In this document: in pieces, positions 19,323-30,053 of the stretch | Layout: every line of letters starts with the position of its first letter | How positions within the stretch are numbered: the first letter of the stretch is position 1 | From: an uncultured delta proteobacterium | Lineage (GTDB): Bacteria > Bdellovibrionota > FAC87 > UBA2466 | Direction of reading: 5' to 3' | Assembly: GCA_963778115.1 (NCBI GenBank) | Contig: CAVZSV010000004.1 | Location: 320,001 to 384,000 of the forward strand | DNA: 64,000 bases | Translations under genes and position numbers: made by a program | Notes under the pieces: generated by a model | Databases searched by the model: none | The model's input: only the letters and a program-made list of their open reading frames with translations | Told to the model about the DNA's origin: nothing

Positions 19323-21350
19323 ATGGAAATTTTGCGAGCGGAAAATCTGTGCTTTTCCTATGCTCTGGGCGACAAGTTCGTCCCCACTCTTAAAGATGTG
19401 AGTTTTACTATTGAACGCGGGGATTTTGTCGCTATCCGCGGGCGTTCAGGATCGGGGAAATCAACCCTCTTTTACATTTTAGGATGTTTGCTAAAACCAA
19501 GTTCCGGAAAAGTAATCTTCGATGGGACTGATCTTTCCACCCTAAGCTCGGAAGAGCTCGCGTTTTTAAGAAATCAAAAGATTGGTTTCGTTTTCCAGCA
19601 GTTCCATTTGCTACCCCGGGCTTCGGTCTTAACCAATATTCTTCTGCCCTCGCTTTACCCTTGTGAACTTCCGCACGAAACCGCCCAAAATAAGGACAGA
19701 GCGATCTCACTCGCGAAAACGATGGGTTTAGGGGATAAACTTTACAAGCTCCCCAATCAACTCTCTGGCGGCGAACAACAGCGCATTGTGATAGCGCGTG
19801 CTTTATTGAGTGACGCGGAACTCATATTAGCGGATGAACCGACGGGAAATCTCGATTCCGCCAATGCCAAGATCATCATGGATCAGCTAAGAGAGCTCAA
19901 CGCCAAAGGCAAGACGATCATTCTCATCACCCACGATCCCGAAATTGCCCGTCAGTGTTCTTCCGAGATTCAATTAAATGATGGACTACTGGTCAGCGGT
20001 AGGCAGAAGGCGGTAGCAGAGGCTCCCAATGACTCCTGGAAAGAAACAAGAGAACTTTTTCCCAAGTCCCTTACGATGGCCGCCATCCTGCGGGTATTTA
20101 GAACCTCAATTCCTTTGGCCATTGAAAATTTGAAACGCAACCGAGTCCGAGCGATGCTCACGATGATTGGAGTCATGGTGGGAATCGCTTCGGTCTTTGC
20201 CATGATCACCTTTGGGAGCTTCGCAAAGAAAAAGATTTTGGAAGGCTATGACGATCTAGGGGTCCGTTCGGTCATGATACGAGGCCACAAAAATTGGTAC
20301 CGACGCGCATCGGACAGAGCCCCCATCCCCTTTCGATCTTTCAATTGGGAAAACGATATTCTCCCGCTAAAACATGTCTTTCCCCAGATTGAACTTCTCT
20401 CTCCCATCCTAGGCTCGGGCTCAAACAACGTGAATTATGGGGGGCTTACGATCGAATCGGATGTCACCGTTTGGGGGGTAACGCCTGAGTATCTACAGAT
20501 CATTAACCGGAAAGTAGAATCGGGAAAAGGGCTGAGTCCCTATCATGTGGAAGGAAGAAGTCCCGTATGTCTTATCGGATCCGATATCGTGGAGAGAGTG
20601 TTTCACAAAGTAAGCCCTCTGGGAAAAATACTCTTTATCACCAAAGATCAAGACTTGGCCTATCCCTGTCGCGTCATGGGAGTTCTTAGTAAACAGAATT
20701 CTAACAAGAGCTGGCACAAACCTAATCTCGATATCATTATCCCCTATACCTATTTCCAAACGGTGAACCACTTTTGGGATAACGAGATCACTGAATTTGC
20801 GGCTCTGTTGAAAGTAGGATCTGATTCGGAGAAAGTGGGAAAGGCTATAGAAGCTTACTTCTCGTCAAAGTATGGAGCCGCCGGCAAATTTAATGTGGAC
20901 TCAGACACGGTCCTCATCTCCCAGATGCGGCGATTTCTTGGTCTGTTTGCGATTATGCTTACTAGCATCGCGCTCATTACTTTGGGAGTGGGAGGAATGG
21001 GAATTAACAATATGATGCTGGTCTCTATCGCCGAACGGCTAAAGGAGATCGGCCTTCGCAAAGCCATGGGGGCTACCGATCGGAGTATTCGCATCCAGTT
21101 TTTGATGGAAGCGACATTACTTTCCGCTGTTGCCGGAATGGCAGGCATCGCGCTAGGCTTCTCAGCGTATCAGTTGATTATCTACGGGGCTTCGGAAGTC
21201 GTTCCCCAGATAAAATTTGAATGGGTGCTAAACCCCGCGGCGTTAGGAGTTTCCGTGGTCTCAATTTTAATAGTGGGAATCTGTAGCGGAATTGTGCCGG
21301 CCCTTAAGGCGGAGCGACTCGACGTCATCGAAGCGCTGCGTACCGAATGA
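19323..21350 (+). CDS. macB: MacB-like ABC transporter (ATPase plus permease)
   Basis: GRSGSGKST, LSGGEQQR, ILADEPTGNLD, GINNMMLVSIAERLKEIGLRKAMGA. Start set at ATG 19323. Confidence 0.9.
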   Translation: MEILRAENLCFSYALGDKFVPTLKDVSFTIERGDFVAIRGRSGSGKSTLFYILGCLLKPSSGKVIFDGTDLSTLSSEELAFLRNQKIGFVFQQFHLLPRASVLTNILLPSLYPCELPHETAQNKDRAISLAKTMGLGDKLYKLPNQLSGGEQQRIVIARALLSDAELILADEPTGNLDSANAKIIMDQLRELNAKGKTIILITHDPEIARQCSSEIQLNDGLLVSGRQKAVAEAPNDSWKETRELFPKSLTMAAILRVFRTSIPLAIENLKRNRVRAMLTMIGVMVGIASVFAMITFGSFAKKKILEGYDDLGVRSVMIRGHKNWYRRASDRAPIPFRSFNWENDILPLKHVFPQIELLSPILGSGSNNVNYGGLTIESDVTVWGVTPEYLQIINRKVESGKGLSPYHVEGRSPVCLIGSDIVERVFHKVSPLGKILFITKDQDLAYPCRVMGVLSKQNSNKSWHKPNLDIIIPYTYFQTVNHFWDNEITEFAALLKVGSDSEKVGKAIEAYFSSKYGAAGKFNVDSDTVLISQMRRFLGLFAIMLTSIALITLGVGGMGINNMMLVSIAERLKEIGLRKAMGATDRSIRIQFLMEATLLSAVAGMAGIALGFSAYQLIIYGASEVVPQIKFEWVLNPAALGVSVVSILIVGICSGIVPALKAERLDVIEALRTE

Positions 21351-21955
21351 AGGCCCGCAAACTTTCCGAAGAGTTCTACGATCTATCTGTTTTTTTTCAC
21401 AAAGACCAGGTAGCCATCGTCTCCTTATTTCGTAAACTGAGGGGGCATGGACAGGTTATTATCGCTATCTTTTTTTGCGTTCCTTTTCTTCTTTTCCTAC
21501 CGGTTCCAGGCCTTTCCACGGTTTTCGGGCTTATCGTAGCCGTCATTGGCATCCGGTTAGCTCTTGGAAAAGACGCTTGGCTTCCCAGCCGTTGGCTCAG
21601 AAAAAAAATAAAAGGGGAGACCGTTCGAAAGATCTTCGGCCACGCCGGAAAGATAGCGTTAAAGATGGAGAGATTTACCAAACCCAGAATGGAGAAGCTA
21701 GCGACGGGTGCCGGAATGAATGCGGTTAACGGGCTGGTTATCTCGATCAGTGGACTTCTGCTGGCACTCCCCTACCCGCCCGGGACAAACTTCACCCCCG
21801 CACTGGGAGTCGTGGGAATTGCGGTTGGAATCTTAGAATGTGATGGCTCTTTACTTATCGCTAGCTACTTACTTTTTGCCTTCAATCTGGCTCTGTTCGC
21901 AGCGATAACCTTTCTCGGAGTGGAAGGGATTCAAAAGCTATTCCATTGGCTGTAG
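21347..21955 (+). CDS. exoD: ExoD family membrane protein
   Basis: PVPGLSTVFG, WLPSRW, KPRME, LPYPPGTNFTPA, LECDG motifs. Confidence 0.85.
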   Translation: MKARKLSEEFYDLSVFFHKDQVAIVSLFRKLRGHGQVIIAIFFCVPFLLFLPVPGLSTVFGLIVAVIGIRLALGKDAWLPSRWLRKKIKGETVRKIFGHAGKIALKMERFTKPRMEKLATGAGMNAVNGLVISISGLLLALPYPPGTNFTPALGVVGIAVGILECDGSLLIASYLLFAFNLALFAAITFLGVEGIQKLFHWL

Positions 21956-23390
21956 CAGCCCTCTGCTTCACCTGGGTAGCACAAGTCTGCTTTAGTGATT
22001 GGCGCTGTGTCTTAATAGAATGCCTGAGGCGGCGATAGAACCAATTCAAATCTTCGGAACCTTCTGGAACGGTCGCCAACTCTGCGAAAAAGAGTGCCTT
22101 AAAATCTTCGTCGCTTAGGATTTCAAGAATCTGAATCAGTCCCCCCTGAAGCAAAGCTCGTTTCTCGTCGATAGGATCGATTTCGGAGATAGTGCTGAGC
22201 GGACGTAGGTTTCTTCCGTACTCCAAGATCAATTTCCCTAGAAGGCCTATCAATCCTTTCTTATAGATATATTCGGTACTCCCTATCTCTTTTTTCAGAT
22301 ATCTGGCTTTGATGGCTTCGGCAGCCCGAGATCTTAGAAGTTCAAGGCCCAGAAGATGTTGGGTAACAATGTACATCTTGGTATTCATGTCGGACCCACC
22401 GAGCACCATTTCGATGTCGGCAAATAGAGCGCTCCCCAACAAAGGGCTAGACTCGGAAGGAGCAGCAAACTCTTGGGTTAGGCTCAGCGAATTTACTTCC
22501 TGTTCAATCATAAGAGCTATCTCTTTTAACTTTCTTGGTAACAGGGCCCGTTCATCGGGATCGGTCAAATGGGGAAGCTTTTGAAATAGAGCCCGTAATC
22601 TCCACGCGTATTTGAGCTCCGAAAGACCGATAGGCACAAAGACTCCAAATTTCTGCACTCCCGCTTGCGCCCAGGGATGGCAGGCAATCTTGTAAGAGTT
22701 GGTAACCGCGATAGCTGTGGTGTTGTAGACGAGCTGAAAAGGGGCGCAGCCAATATGAAGTCCCACCGGCCCGTGATCGTAGCTTTCAAAGATACCGGTA
22801 GCCGCCAGCCAAAGAGCTGTATAGACCGCCCCATTTTGGTGGTAGCGCTCATTTACTGCGGCAGAGAGAAGCACTCTTGCTTGATTGGGGTGAGTCGTCC
22901 CCCACCAGACATTGGAGGCAAACTCTTTAAACTGATGGCAGACAAATTTAGCGGCTCTAACGATGCGCCAATCCTGGAAGGTACGTTTAGGTAGCGCACA
23001 CTCGGGACAGTCCTCTTTGATACTGAAATCGTAGAGTCTTGCAAAATGAAGGACCGCTCCGGCAAAACTACCTTGAAAGCGCGGGTCTTTATCGTCGATA
23101 GGGCAGGTGAGAGCCCCAGGGGTCTGAAGGTCTAGCACCGAATCTAAAATGCCCTGGTAAACGGCTACCAGCTCTTCGACAGTGTGCTCGTCGTGAGCCT
23201 TGGCCGCCGGACAAAAGATTAGGGCAAATGCGGCTAGCAAAAGAAACAAATGAAAATTGAAAAGACAACGCTTCAAACTACCCGTCAAATTACCCTCCAC
23301 GGCTCTGACTCCTACATCAGATACTGTCCTATTCAGATTGAGTCTGAATAACGTGGCGCAGCGGGACTGGCAAGACTTTTCCTCATGCAA
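21882..23390 (-). CDS. Secreted hypothetical protein (real start probably about 40 codons downstream)
   Basis: 1.5-kb ORF; signal-peptide-like FLLLAAFALIFCPAAKA; no recognised family. Confidence 0.65.
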   Translation of the reverse strand: MHEEKSCQSRCATLFRLNLNRTVSDVGVRAVEGNLTGSLKRCLFNFHLFLLLAAFALIFCPAAKAHDEHTVEELVAVYQGILDSVLDLQTPGALTCPIDDKDPRFQGSFAGAVLHFARLYDFSIKEDCPECALPKRTFQDWRIVRAAKFVCHQFKEFASNVWWGTTHPNQARVLLSAAVNERYHQNGAVYTALWLAATGIFESYDHGPVGLHIGCAPFQLVYNTTAIAVTNSYKIACHPWAQAGVQKFGVFVPIGLSELKYAWRLRALFQKLPHLTDPDERALLPRKLKEIALMIEQEVNSLSLTQEFAAPSESSPLLGSALFADIEMVLGGSDMNTKMYIVTQHLLGLELLRSRAAEAIKARYLKKEIGSTEYIYKKGLIGLLGKLILEYGRNLRPLSTISEIDPIDEKRALLQGGLIQILEILSDEDFKALFFAELATVPEGSEDLNWFYRRLRHSIKTQRQSLKQTCATQVKQRAATANGIAFESLPLRERLSLRTEPD

Positions 23391-23414
23391 AGAAAGCCCT
23401 AATTGTAGTGGCGG

Positions 23415-23846
23415 CTAGTGGCAGTCCCCGCAATAGCCGAACAGCCTGTGGTCGTGGAAGATAAGTTGAAACCGGTATTGGCGGCAGATCGTCTCTTGGT
23501 GCTGTTCTATTTGCTCGTCGCGAAACTCAATCACTTTGCCGCATTTGATACAGACCATATGGTCATGGTGGCCTTTCGGACCGGGGCGTTCGAAATATTC
23601 CCGACGACTATCTCCCACCGATTTTTGGATTAACCCACATTCAAGCAATAGGGGAATCGTACGATAAACGGTATCGCGGGAGATACGCAGGCCAGTCTTT
23701 TTAATGAGGGCATAGAATTCGTCGGCATCGAAATGGCCCCTAAGCTTCAACACCTCTTCAAGAATAAGTTTCCGCTCGTGGGTGTATTTGAGCCCCTTAT
23801 TTTCAAGTAGACTTTGAAAGCGTTCGGATTCCTTGGCTTGGTTCAT
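23415..23846 (-). CDS. fur: Fur family transcriptional regulator
   Basis: GLKYTHER, HFDADE, SRDTVYRT, HHDHMVCIKCG, G.C..C. Confidence 0.93.
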   Translation of the reverse strand: MNQAKESERFQSLLENKGLKYTHERKLILEEVLKLRGHFDADEFYALIKKTGLRISRDTVYRTIPLLLECGLIQKSVGDSRREYFERPGPKGHHDHMVCIKCGKVIEFRDEQIEQHQETICRQYRFQLIFHDHRLFGYCGDCH

Positions 23847-23948
23847 TCGACCCGCATTCTAATAATAAGCAGGGGCTGGGGTCCACTGATTTCGGCTTTT
23901 TCCTACCGTGCGTCAAAATGCAGGCCCAGATTCAGTTAGAATAAGCAG

Positions 23949-25493
23949 ATGATCACTTTGATAAATCCGCCGTTAGTATGCCGACGAGGAGATTCTCACA
24001 GTTCGGGTATCCCCTATCTCCCTCATGGACTGGCCTACCTGGCGGCCGTCTTAGAGCGGGAAAATCTCCCTTTTGAAGTCATCGACTGTTTTGGCGAAAA
24101 GCCCAATCAGGCTACCGCTTGCGGTCCTTATCTCATGTTTGGATTAACTCCTTCTGAGGTGCAAAAAAGAGTTAGATCGCAAACTCGACGGGCCTTTGTA
24201 ATCTATGCAAATTCAATTTTTAACTCTCACGCGGTGTTTGAAGTGGCAAAGGCCTTAAAAGACTTCCAGGTTCCTGTCATCGCGACCGAAAACACTCAAG
24301 CCGTCACCGGATTTTCGCTGTCTAAATGTTCGTCAGAATTGATGAAGACTCCGATCACGCACGCCATTTTAGGAGAATGCGAAGCCATTGCCATGGAGCT
24401 GTTTCCTTCATTACTTGAACACGGAACCGTTCCGGAACGCCTCAAAAAACATGTCTGGACAAGAGAGCAAGCTTTTCATCAAACTCAAAACGCCATGGTA
24501 AGCGATCTGGATGCTCTGCCCTGGCCGCTTTGGGAACGCTTTCCCCTGGAAAACTATTGGAAACTCAAATATGCCCACGGCCCTATGTCAGGGCGTTACG
24601 TGGCGCTTCTTACTTCCCGGGGGTGCCCCTATCCTTGCGGATTCTGCTCGGTTCCCGTTATGAATGAAAGAAAATGGCGTATGAGATCAGCCCAAAACGT
24701 AATAAGCGAAATCGCTCATATGAAATCGACGTTGGGGGTAGACGAATTTCACTGGGAGGATCTCAATCCGACCATTCACGAAAAGCGAATGTTAGAGATC
24801 TCTAAAATGTTAACCGAGAGGCAGCTTGCTATTCGATGGAGAATCGTCTCGGGAACGAAGATGGATAATCTAAAATTGGAAACGCTTAGCGCAATGGCCG
24901 ATGCGGGACTCGACTACGTGAGTTTTTCGCCAGAATCTGGATCGCCGAGAGTTTTGCAGTTGATCCGTAAACCCTTTCAACACGAACATGCCATCGAGCA
25001 GGTTAAATTACTCTCCCAGCGAAAGGTAAGAACCCAGGCTTGTTTCGTGCTGGGTTATCCCGGCGAAGAGGAAGAGGATCGCTGGAAGACTTTCCGTTAT
25101 GCGAAACGCCTGCTCAAAGCAGGCTTGGGAGAGGTAACCTATTTTATCGTGGCACCCATGCCAGGGACTCCCATCGAACATGAGATAGCGGGGGAGTCGC
25201 ACGGCCTATCCGATCTCACTTTTTCTCCGGCCTGGCGGTCCGACTATGCCGAGTTGATTCATTGGAGAAACCGTCTTTACCAAAGTTTTTTTCTCTATCG
25301 AATTTTTGTCACTCCCCATCGTTTCCTTGGAAGCTGCGTAAGAGCATTGTGGGGAAAGACAAAATTGAAAATGGAAATGTTTCCCAGAAGGCGAGTTCGA
25401 GCCTGGTTTTATGAGAGGTTCAGCCGGACGCTCACTTCATCCTCAAGCTTTAGCCCGGTAATAGCCCGGCCTGAAGGGGACCAGGCAGCGTAG
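23949..25493 (+). CDS. B12-binding domain radical SAM protein
   Basis: LINPP...GLAYLAAVL N-terminus; TSRGCPYPCGFC (CxxxCxxC); ESGS..VL; PMPGT. Confidence 0.92.
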   Translation: MITLINPPLVCRRGDSHSSGIPYLPHGLAYLAAVLERENLPFEVIDCFGEKPNQATACGPYLMFGLTPSEVQKRVRSQTRRAFVIYANSIFNSHAVFEVAKALKDFQVPVIATENTQAVTGFSLSKCSSELMKTPITHAILGECEAIAMELFPSLLEHGTVPERLKKHVWTREQAFHQTQNAMVSDLDALPWPLWERFPLENYWKLKYAHGPMSGRYVALLTSRGCPYPCGFCSVPVMNERKWRMRSAQNVISEIAHMKSTLGVDEFHWEDLNPTIHEKRMLEISKMLTERQLAIRWRIVSGTKMDNLKLETLSAMADAGLDYVSFSPESGSPRVLQLIRKPFQHEHAIEQVKLLSQRKVRTQACFVLGYPGEEEEDRWKTFRYAKRLLKAGLGEVTYFIVAPMPGTPIEHEIAGESHGLSDLTFSPAWRSDYAELIHWRNRLYQSFFLYRIFVTPHRFLGSCVRALWGKTKLKMEMFPRRRVRAWFYERFSRTLTSSSSFSPVIARPEGDQAA

Positions 25494-27009
25494 TGGTACC
25501 CTCCACCGCCTGATGCAAATGTAGTTTGGGATTGTGACAGACAAAGACGTTGTCCTTTAGATCCGTCGTGCAAACATCTGGCATCGCTCCAAACACTCCG
25601 GGTCTTGCCGACTTCGACATTGAAGAGGCCAACTGATCCGCCGGCGCTCGACCCGCCATTACCGTTTCGCTGGCCATGCTACCTTCGTCGGACGCATCGG
25701 ATTTTTCTCCCGATTCAAAAGGCCCGCCTCCCCCAGTGGATCCCGTATCTTGGAAAATTCCCCCATTTACAAAGTTATTGGCCCCGCCTCTTGAGTCATT
25801 ATAGGACCCAGTATTGGGATATGCATCGCCATCAGTGGCACTTGCGCCCTTGGCGGGATTTGCCATTTTGCCGCTGTTCCCTTGGCTGCCAACGGAATTG
25901 AGCTTTGGCATATCTTGAGAGTTGGCGAACGCTAATTGATTGGGTGTCGAAGGACCTCCAAAGGCCAACTGCACTTTATTAGATTTGGGATCTTGATTTA
26001 CCGTCGGCCCCTGATTGCTGATGGTGGAAGGGTTCACTACACTTCCAGGATCAACCCTTGGCGTATCACTGGCAGTGATGGGATCTTTGGGAAGAGAAAG
26101 TCCATCGCTTTCACCGACACCCCGACTCTGTTGACCAAGTAATTTGTCCAAACCGTTTGAGTTGTTGGCATTAGCAGAGTCTTTATCTTTTCCGTCTTCG
26201 TCCCCTTTATCGTCCCCGCCATCGTCGCCTTTTTTTCCTCCGCCTTGCCCCCCCGCTTGGGCTGCCCCCTGCTGCGCACCCTGATTGTAGGCATTGGCAA
26301 GAGCTGCTTGCCGGTTGGCATCTTCGGCCTGTTTTTGCTTATCCGCCAAATTGTTAAATTTTTGATCGGCATCTGCTTTGGCCTTGTCGATCTGAGCCGT
26401 CTGCTTATCGGCTTGTGTCCCAAAGTCTTTTGCAAGATCAGAGGAGGAAGCAATCACTTGGGGTGCTACCGCTTGAACCGACTGTTTAACGGGAGCCGCT
26501 GCCCCGTCCGCGGGTGGAGCTGCAGGTACGCCACCTCCCCCTGCCAAGGTATCAAGCCCAGTTTCGCCCGAAGCCGAAGGAGGTGTCGAAGCAGCATTCC
26601 CGCCACTTCGAAGGAGATCGGCCACCGCATTTAATCCTTCTTTGGAAACGCCTCTCGAACTAAAATCGGTCCCAATTCTGTCCAACCCTGCCTTCAACGA
26701 CTCGTCACTGGTCGCTGAGGCCCATACACTGGTCCAACTCTGAGTAATATTGGCCATGGTCGTAAAATCTGGGAAAGATTGATCGCTACTTATTCTTCTG
26801 GGAACTGTAATCGGATAGGGCTGGTACATATTTACGGGCTTATTGTCGGTAGTGACATCAGGAATCGATACGGTCCGGTTATTTACGGCGTTTCTCAAAT
26901 ACCGACCGAGAAGATCTTTCGCAGTGCCCTCCGCCAAAAGTGGCGTAGAAACCAAAACCGCTAGTAGAGTCGGAAGCCAAGCGGAGATAATAATTGTGCC
27001 GAACTTCAT
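25450..27009 (-). CDS. Secreted low-complexity (G/A/D/S/Q-rich) hypothetical protein
   Basis: Signal peptide; GGGGA SD; coiled-coil and Gly-rich segments; C-terminal Cys pair. Confidence 0.8.
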   Translation of the reverse strand: MKFGTIIISAWLPTLLAVLVSTPLLAEGTAKDLLGRYLRNAVNNRTVSIPDVTTDNKPVNMYQPYPITVPRRISSDQSFPDFTTMANITQSWTSVWASATSDESLKAGLDRIGTDFSSRGVSKEGLNAVADLLRSGGNAASTPPSASGETGLDTLAGGGGVPAAPPADGAAAPVKQSVQAVAPQVIASSSDLAKDFGTQADKQTAQIDKAKADADQKFNNLADKQKQAEDANRQAALANAYNQGAQQGAAQAGGQGGGKKGDDGGDDKGDEDGKDKDSANANNSNGLDKLLGQQSRGVGESDGLSLPKDPITASDTPRVDPGSVVNPSTISNQGPTVNQDPKSNKVQLAFGGPSTPNQLAFANSQDMPKLNSVGSQGNSGKMANPAKGASATDGDAYPNTGSYNDSRGGANNFVNGGIFQDTGSTGGGGPFESGEKSDASDEGSMASETVMAGRAPADQLASSMSKSARPGVFGAMPDVCTTDLKDNVFVCHNPKLHLHQAVEGTTTLPGPLQAGLLPG

Positions 27010-27033
27010 GGAATCCCCCTGCCCTTTTAACGA

Positions 27034-27049
27034 TGCAAAACGAAAGCCG
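27034..27049 (-). promoter_or_regulatory. Candidate sigma54 promoter
   Basis: Minus strand CGGCTTTCGTTTTGCA; GG-N10-GC; 25 bp before ATG 27009. Confidence 0.5.
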
Positions 27050-27257
27050 CATGGAGTAGCTTTGAAGGCGGGTGTATTCTTTTCGGGGCACCGGTCAGAA
27101 TACAGGCATGAAAGGGGAGGAGAGTACTTTACCTCCTTACATTTCGGATACTTACCTCACGTTACGAGAATGTATCTACCCCGTTGGCGGCTGTCAGTGA
27201 TCCCACGGCTGTTGATTTTTTTTTCAGAAACGCTAAGAGACTGAACATTCAGGACCT

Positions 27258-27788
27258 TTAACCCGGCAGTGCTGCCCACCCGTAGGAAACCTCTTCAAGC
27301 CTAACTCCCCCAATCTCATCTGGTTTAACTTCCTTTAGAAGCTTCCCGCCCATGGCTTCGTAGAATTTGCGTGAGGGGTTATCTTTGAGTACCCATACTT
27401 TCATAGAGGAAAATTTCATCTCTCTGAGCAAAACGACCACTCGTTTAAAAAGTTCACGACCGATTCCGTGGCCGGCGTGCTCTTTTAGAACGTAGATGGC
27501 GTAAAGCTCTCCTTGAAAGTCAGTGCCGCCGTCTCGAGACTCTCCTGCGCAGGCAAAACCGGCGATTTCTCCTTGGTCGGTTTCGGCGACGAAATACCTT
27601 CGGGAGTTTTGCGGGTCACTTAAGAGCTGCCGCTGGCGGATAGCACGTTCTTTGAGATCTAGACTGCCCAGATAAGCCTCTGGCACGATACCAGCGTAAG
27701 CCGTTTGCCAGGTGCGCATATGGGCGTAAGCGATTCCATCCGCATCCTTGACGGTAGATTCTCGAACGATGAAGGAGTACTTTGCCAT
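27258..27788 (-). CDS. GNAT family N-acetyltransferase
   Basis: WQTAYAGI, GELYAIYV...GHGIGRELF, WVLKDNPSRKFYEAMGG. Confidence 0.93.
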   Translation of the reverse strand: MAKYSFIVRESTVKDADGIAYAHMRTWQTAYAGIVPEAYLGSLDLKERAIRQRQLLSDPQNSRRYFVAETDQGEIAGFACAGESRDGGTDFQGELYAIYVLKEHAGHGIGRELFKRVVVLLREMKFSSMKVWVLKDNPSRKFYEAMGGKLLKEVKPDEIGGVRLEEVSYGWAALPG

Positions 27789-27794
27789 CTCTTA

Positions 27795-28793
27795 TTAAGG
27801 AATCAAAACTGCACTTCCCTGAAGTTTATCGGACTTTAGCATCTGTAAGACCTCGTTCGCCCGGTCCAGGGGAAATTTCGTGACATGCGGAAGAATTGAT
27901 CTTGCCGCGGCTTCAGCCAAAAACTCTAGGCCGTCCGCCCGAGTATTGGAAGTCACTGAGTGCAAATTCTTTTCATAGAAAAGATGTGATTCATAGTCGA
28001 GCTGAGGAATTTTGGAGAGATAGATTCCGGCGAGAGCAACCGTTCCCCCTTTTCGAATCGAGGACAAAGCTTGGGGAACCAATTCTCCCGCCGGAGCAAA
28101 AAGGATCGCACTGTCCAGTTTTCGAGGCAGTTCGAAAGCGCTACTTCCTACCCAATCCGCCCCCATTTTCTTGGCAAGAGTCCGGTGCGATTCTCCACGG
28201 GTGACGACATAGATCTGACTTCCCCGCGCTTTAGCGACTTGCATGACAATATGAGCTGACGAACCAAAGCCGAACAAACCCAGAGCGCCGCCTTGGGGAA
28301 CTTGAGCGCGGCGAAGCGCACGATATCCAATAATTCCTGCGCACAGTAACGGAGCTGCCGCGGCAGGATCTAATGACTTTGGAATTTCATACACGAAGGA
28401 TTCATCCGCTACTGCATATTGGGCAAAGCCACCATCGGCGTGGTATCCCGTGTACTCGGAAGCTTCACAGAGATTTTCCTGGCCCCCTCCACAATACAGA
28501 CAGGAACCACACGTATGGCGAAGCCATGCTATCCCCACACGCTGCCCCTCTCGAAAACGCGCGACCTTTCTTCCCACCATATCAATGAGTCCAACGGCTT
28601 GATGGCCCGGAACAATAGGCCGCCGTTTCAAAGGAAGTTCCCCTTCGATGATGTGCAGATCGGTTCGACAAACCGCCGAGGCCTCTACTTTGATTCTTAT
28701 TTCATGAGGAGCCGGCCACGGATCAGTAAGCTCAATGGGATGGAGCGGAGAGCTCTCAATGGGTCCGTTATCCTCAAGGATCATAGCCCTCAT
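27795..28793 (-). CDS. Zinc-dependent alcohol dehydrogenase family protein
   Basis: VCRTDLH, PGHQ, C..C..C..ENLC, APLLCAGIIGYRAL, GFGSSAH. Confidence 0.93.
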   Translation of the reverse strand: MRAMILEDNGPIESSPLHPIELTDPWPAPHEIRIKVEASAVCRTDLHIIEGELPLKRRPIVPGHQAVGLIDMVGRKVARFREGQRVGIAWLRHTCGSCLYCGGGQENLCEASEYTGYHADGGFAQYAVADESFVYEIPKSLDPAAAAPLLCAGIIGYRALRRAQVPQGGALGLFGFGSSAHIVMQVAKARGSQIYVVTRGESHRTLAKKMGADWVGSSAFELPRKLDSAILFAPAGELVPQALSSIRKGGTVALAGIYLSKIPQLDYESHLFYEKNLHSVTSNTRADGLEFLAEAAARSILPHVTKFPLDRANEVLQMLKSDKLQGSAVLIP

Positions 28794-28817
28794 GGTGATT
28801 CCTCTCTTGCAGCGAAC

Positions 28818-30044
28818 TTAGATTTCTAGCATCAACCGGGCCGGATCTTCCAAACACTCTTTCACTTTGACCAAGAATTTTACCGAATCTTTTCCGTCCA
28901 CCATTCTATGATCGTAGGAAAGAGCGACGTACATCATCGGGCGAATCACTATCTTATCTTCTACAGCAATGGGACGTTTTTGGATCGCGTGCAGTCCTAA
29001 AATCCCGCTCTGAGGAGGATTTAAAATCGGAGTCGACATAAGAGAGCCGAAAACCCCACCGTTAGTAAGCGTGAAGGTGCCTCCGCTTAGCTCATCGAGC
29101 CCCAGTTTTCCTTCGCGCGCAGCCCCTGCCGTTCTTTTAATTTCCGATTCCACTTTTGCAAACGACATCTTTTCCACGTGACGCAGTACGGGAACGACTA
29201 GCCCTCGATCGGTGGAGACCGCAATGCCTAGATTCACGTAGTCGTGATAGAGGACATCGGTACCATCTATAAAAGCGTTCACCACGGGATATTCTTGAAG
29301 AGCAAGTACAGCTGCCCTGGCAAAGAAAGACATCAGGCCTAAAGAAACTCCGTGGGCTTCTTGAAAACGGGCTTTGTACTTTTCTCTCAAGTCCAATACC
29401 GCCGACATATCGATCTCGTTGAAGGTGGTCAGCATCGCGGCCGTGTGTTGAGCGGCGACAAGACGTTCGGCTATCTTCTTGCGGATCTTACTTAATGGCT
29501 CACGCCGTACTCCTTCGCCGTCATGATAGGTAGACGGTGATTGAGCTATTGGTTTGCTGGAAGCAAGGGCCGCGGGAGCCACGGGTTCGGGCTTGTGAGC
29601 CACGACACTGAGGACATCCTCTTTGGTCACCCTTCCCCGAGGGCCGGTGCCCACTAATGTCTCGGGCTCCACATTATTTTCACGAACCAATCGTCTGACG
29701 GACGGACTGAGCGGAGCTTGAATCACAGGATCTTCGCTTTGCTTGGGCGATGAAGCGGCCGGGGGCTTTTGAGCGGGCGCCTCTTTAGCCGAGGCCGTCA
29801 CCTTTCCAATGCCTTCTCCTATATTTGCAATGACATCACCAATGCGTACCGTGTCCCCAGCCTTCTTGAGCTGCTTCAAAACTCCGTTTCCCGGAGAGGG
29901 AAGTTCTACATTGGCTTTGTCCGTTTCCAGTTCGCAAAGAGGATCGTCGGCTTTAACCGCATCCCCGTCGGATTTGATCCATCGCACCAAAATGGCTTCC
30001 GTCACTGATTCGCCAAGTGCCGGGATCTGAACATTGGTAGGCAT
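28818..30044 (-). CDS. sucB: 2-oxoglutarate dehydrogenase E2 (dihydrolipoamide succinyltransferase)
   Basis: Lipoyl domain ELETDKA; E3-binding [26 protein letters not shown]. Confidence 0.97.
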   Translation of the reverse strand: MPTNVQIPALGESVTEAILVRWIKSDGDAVKADDPLCELETDKANVELPSPGNGVLKQLKKAGDTVRIGDVIANIGEGIGKVTASAKEAPAQKPPAASSPKQSEDPVIQAPLSPSVRRLVRENNVEPETLVGTGPRGRVTKEDVLSVVAHKPEPVAPAALASSKPIAQSPSTYHDGEGVRREPLSKIRKKIAERLVAAQHTAAMLTTFNEIDMSAVLDLREKYKARFQEAHGVSLGLMSFFARAAVLALQEYPVVNAFIDGTDVLYHDYVNLGIAVSTDRGLVVPVLRHVEKMSFAKVESEIKRTAGAAREGKLGLDELSGGTFTLTNGGVFGSLMSTPILNPPQSGILGLHAIQKRPIAVEDKIVIRPMMYVALSYDHRMVDGKDSVKFLVKVKECLEDPARLMLEI

Positions 30045-30053
30045 GAAGACTCC

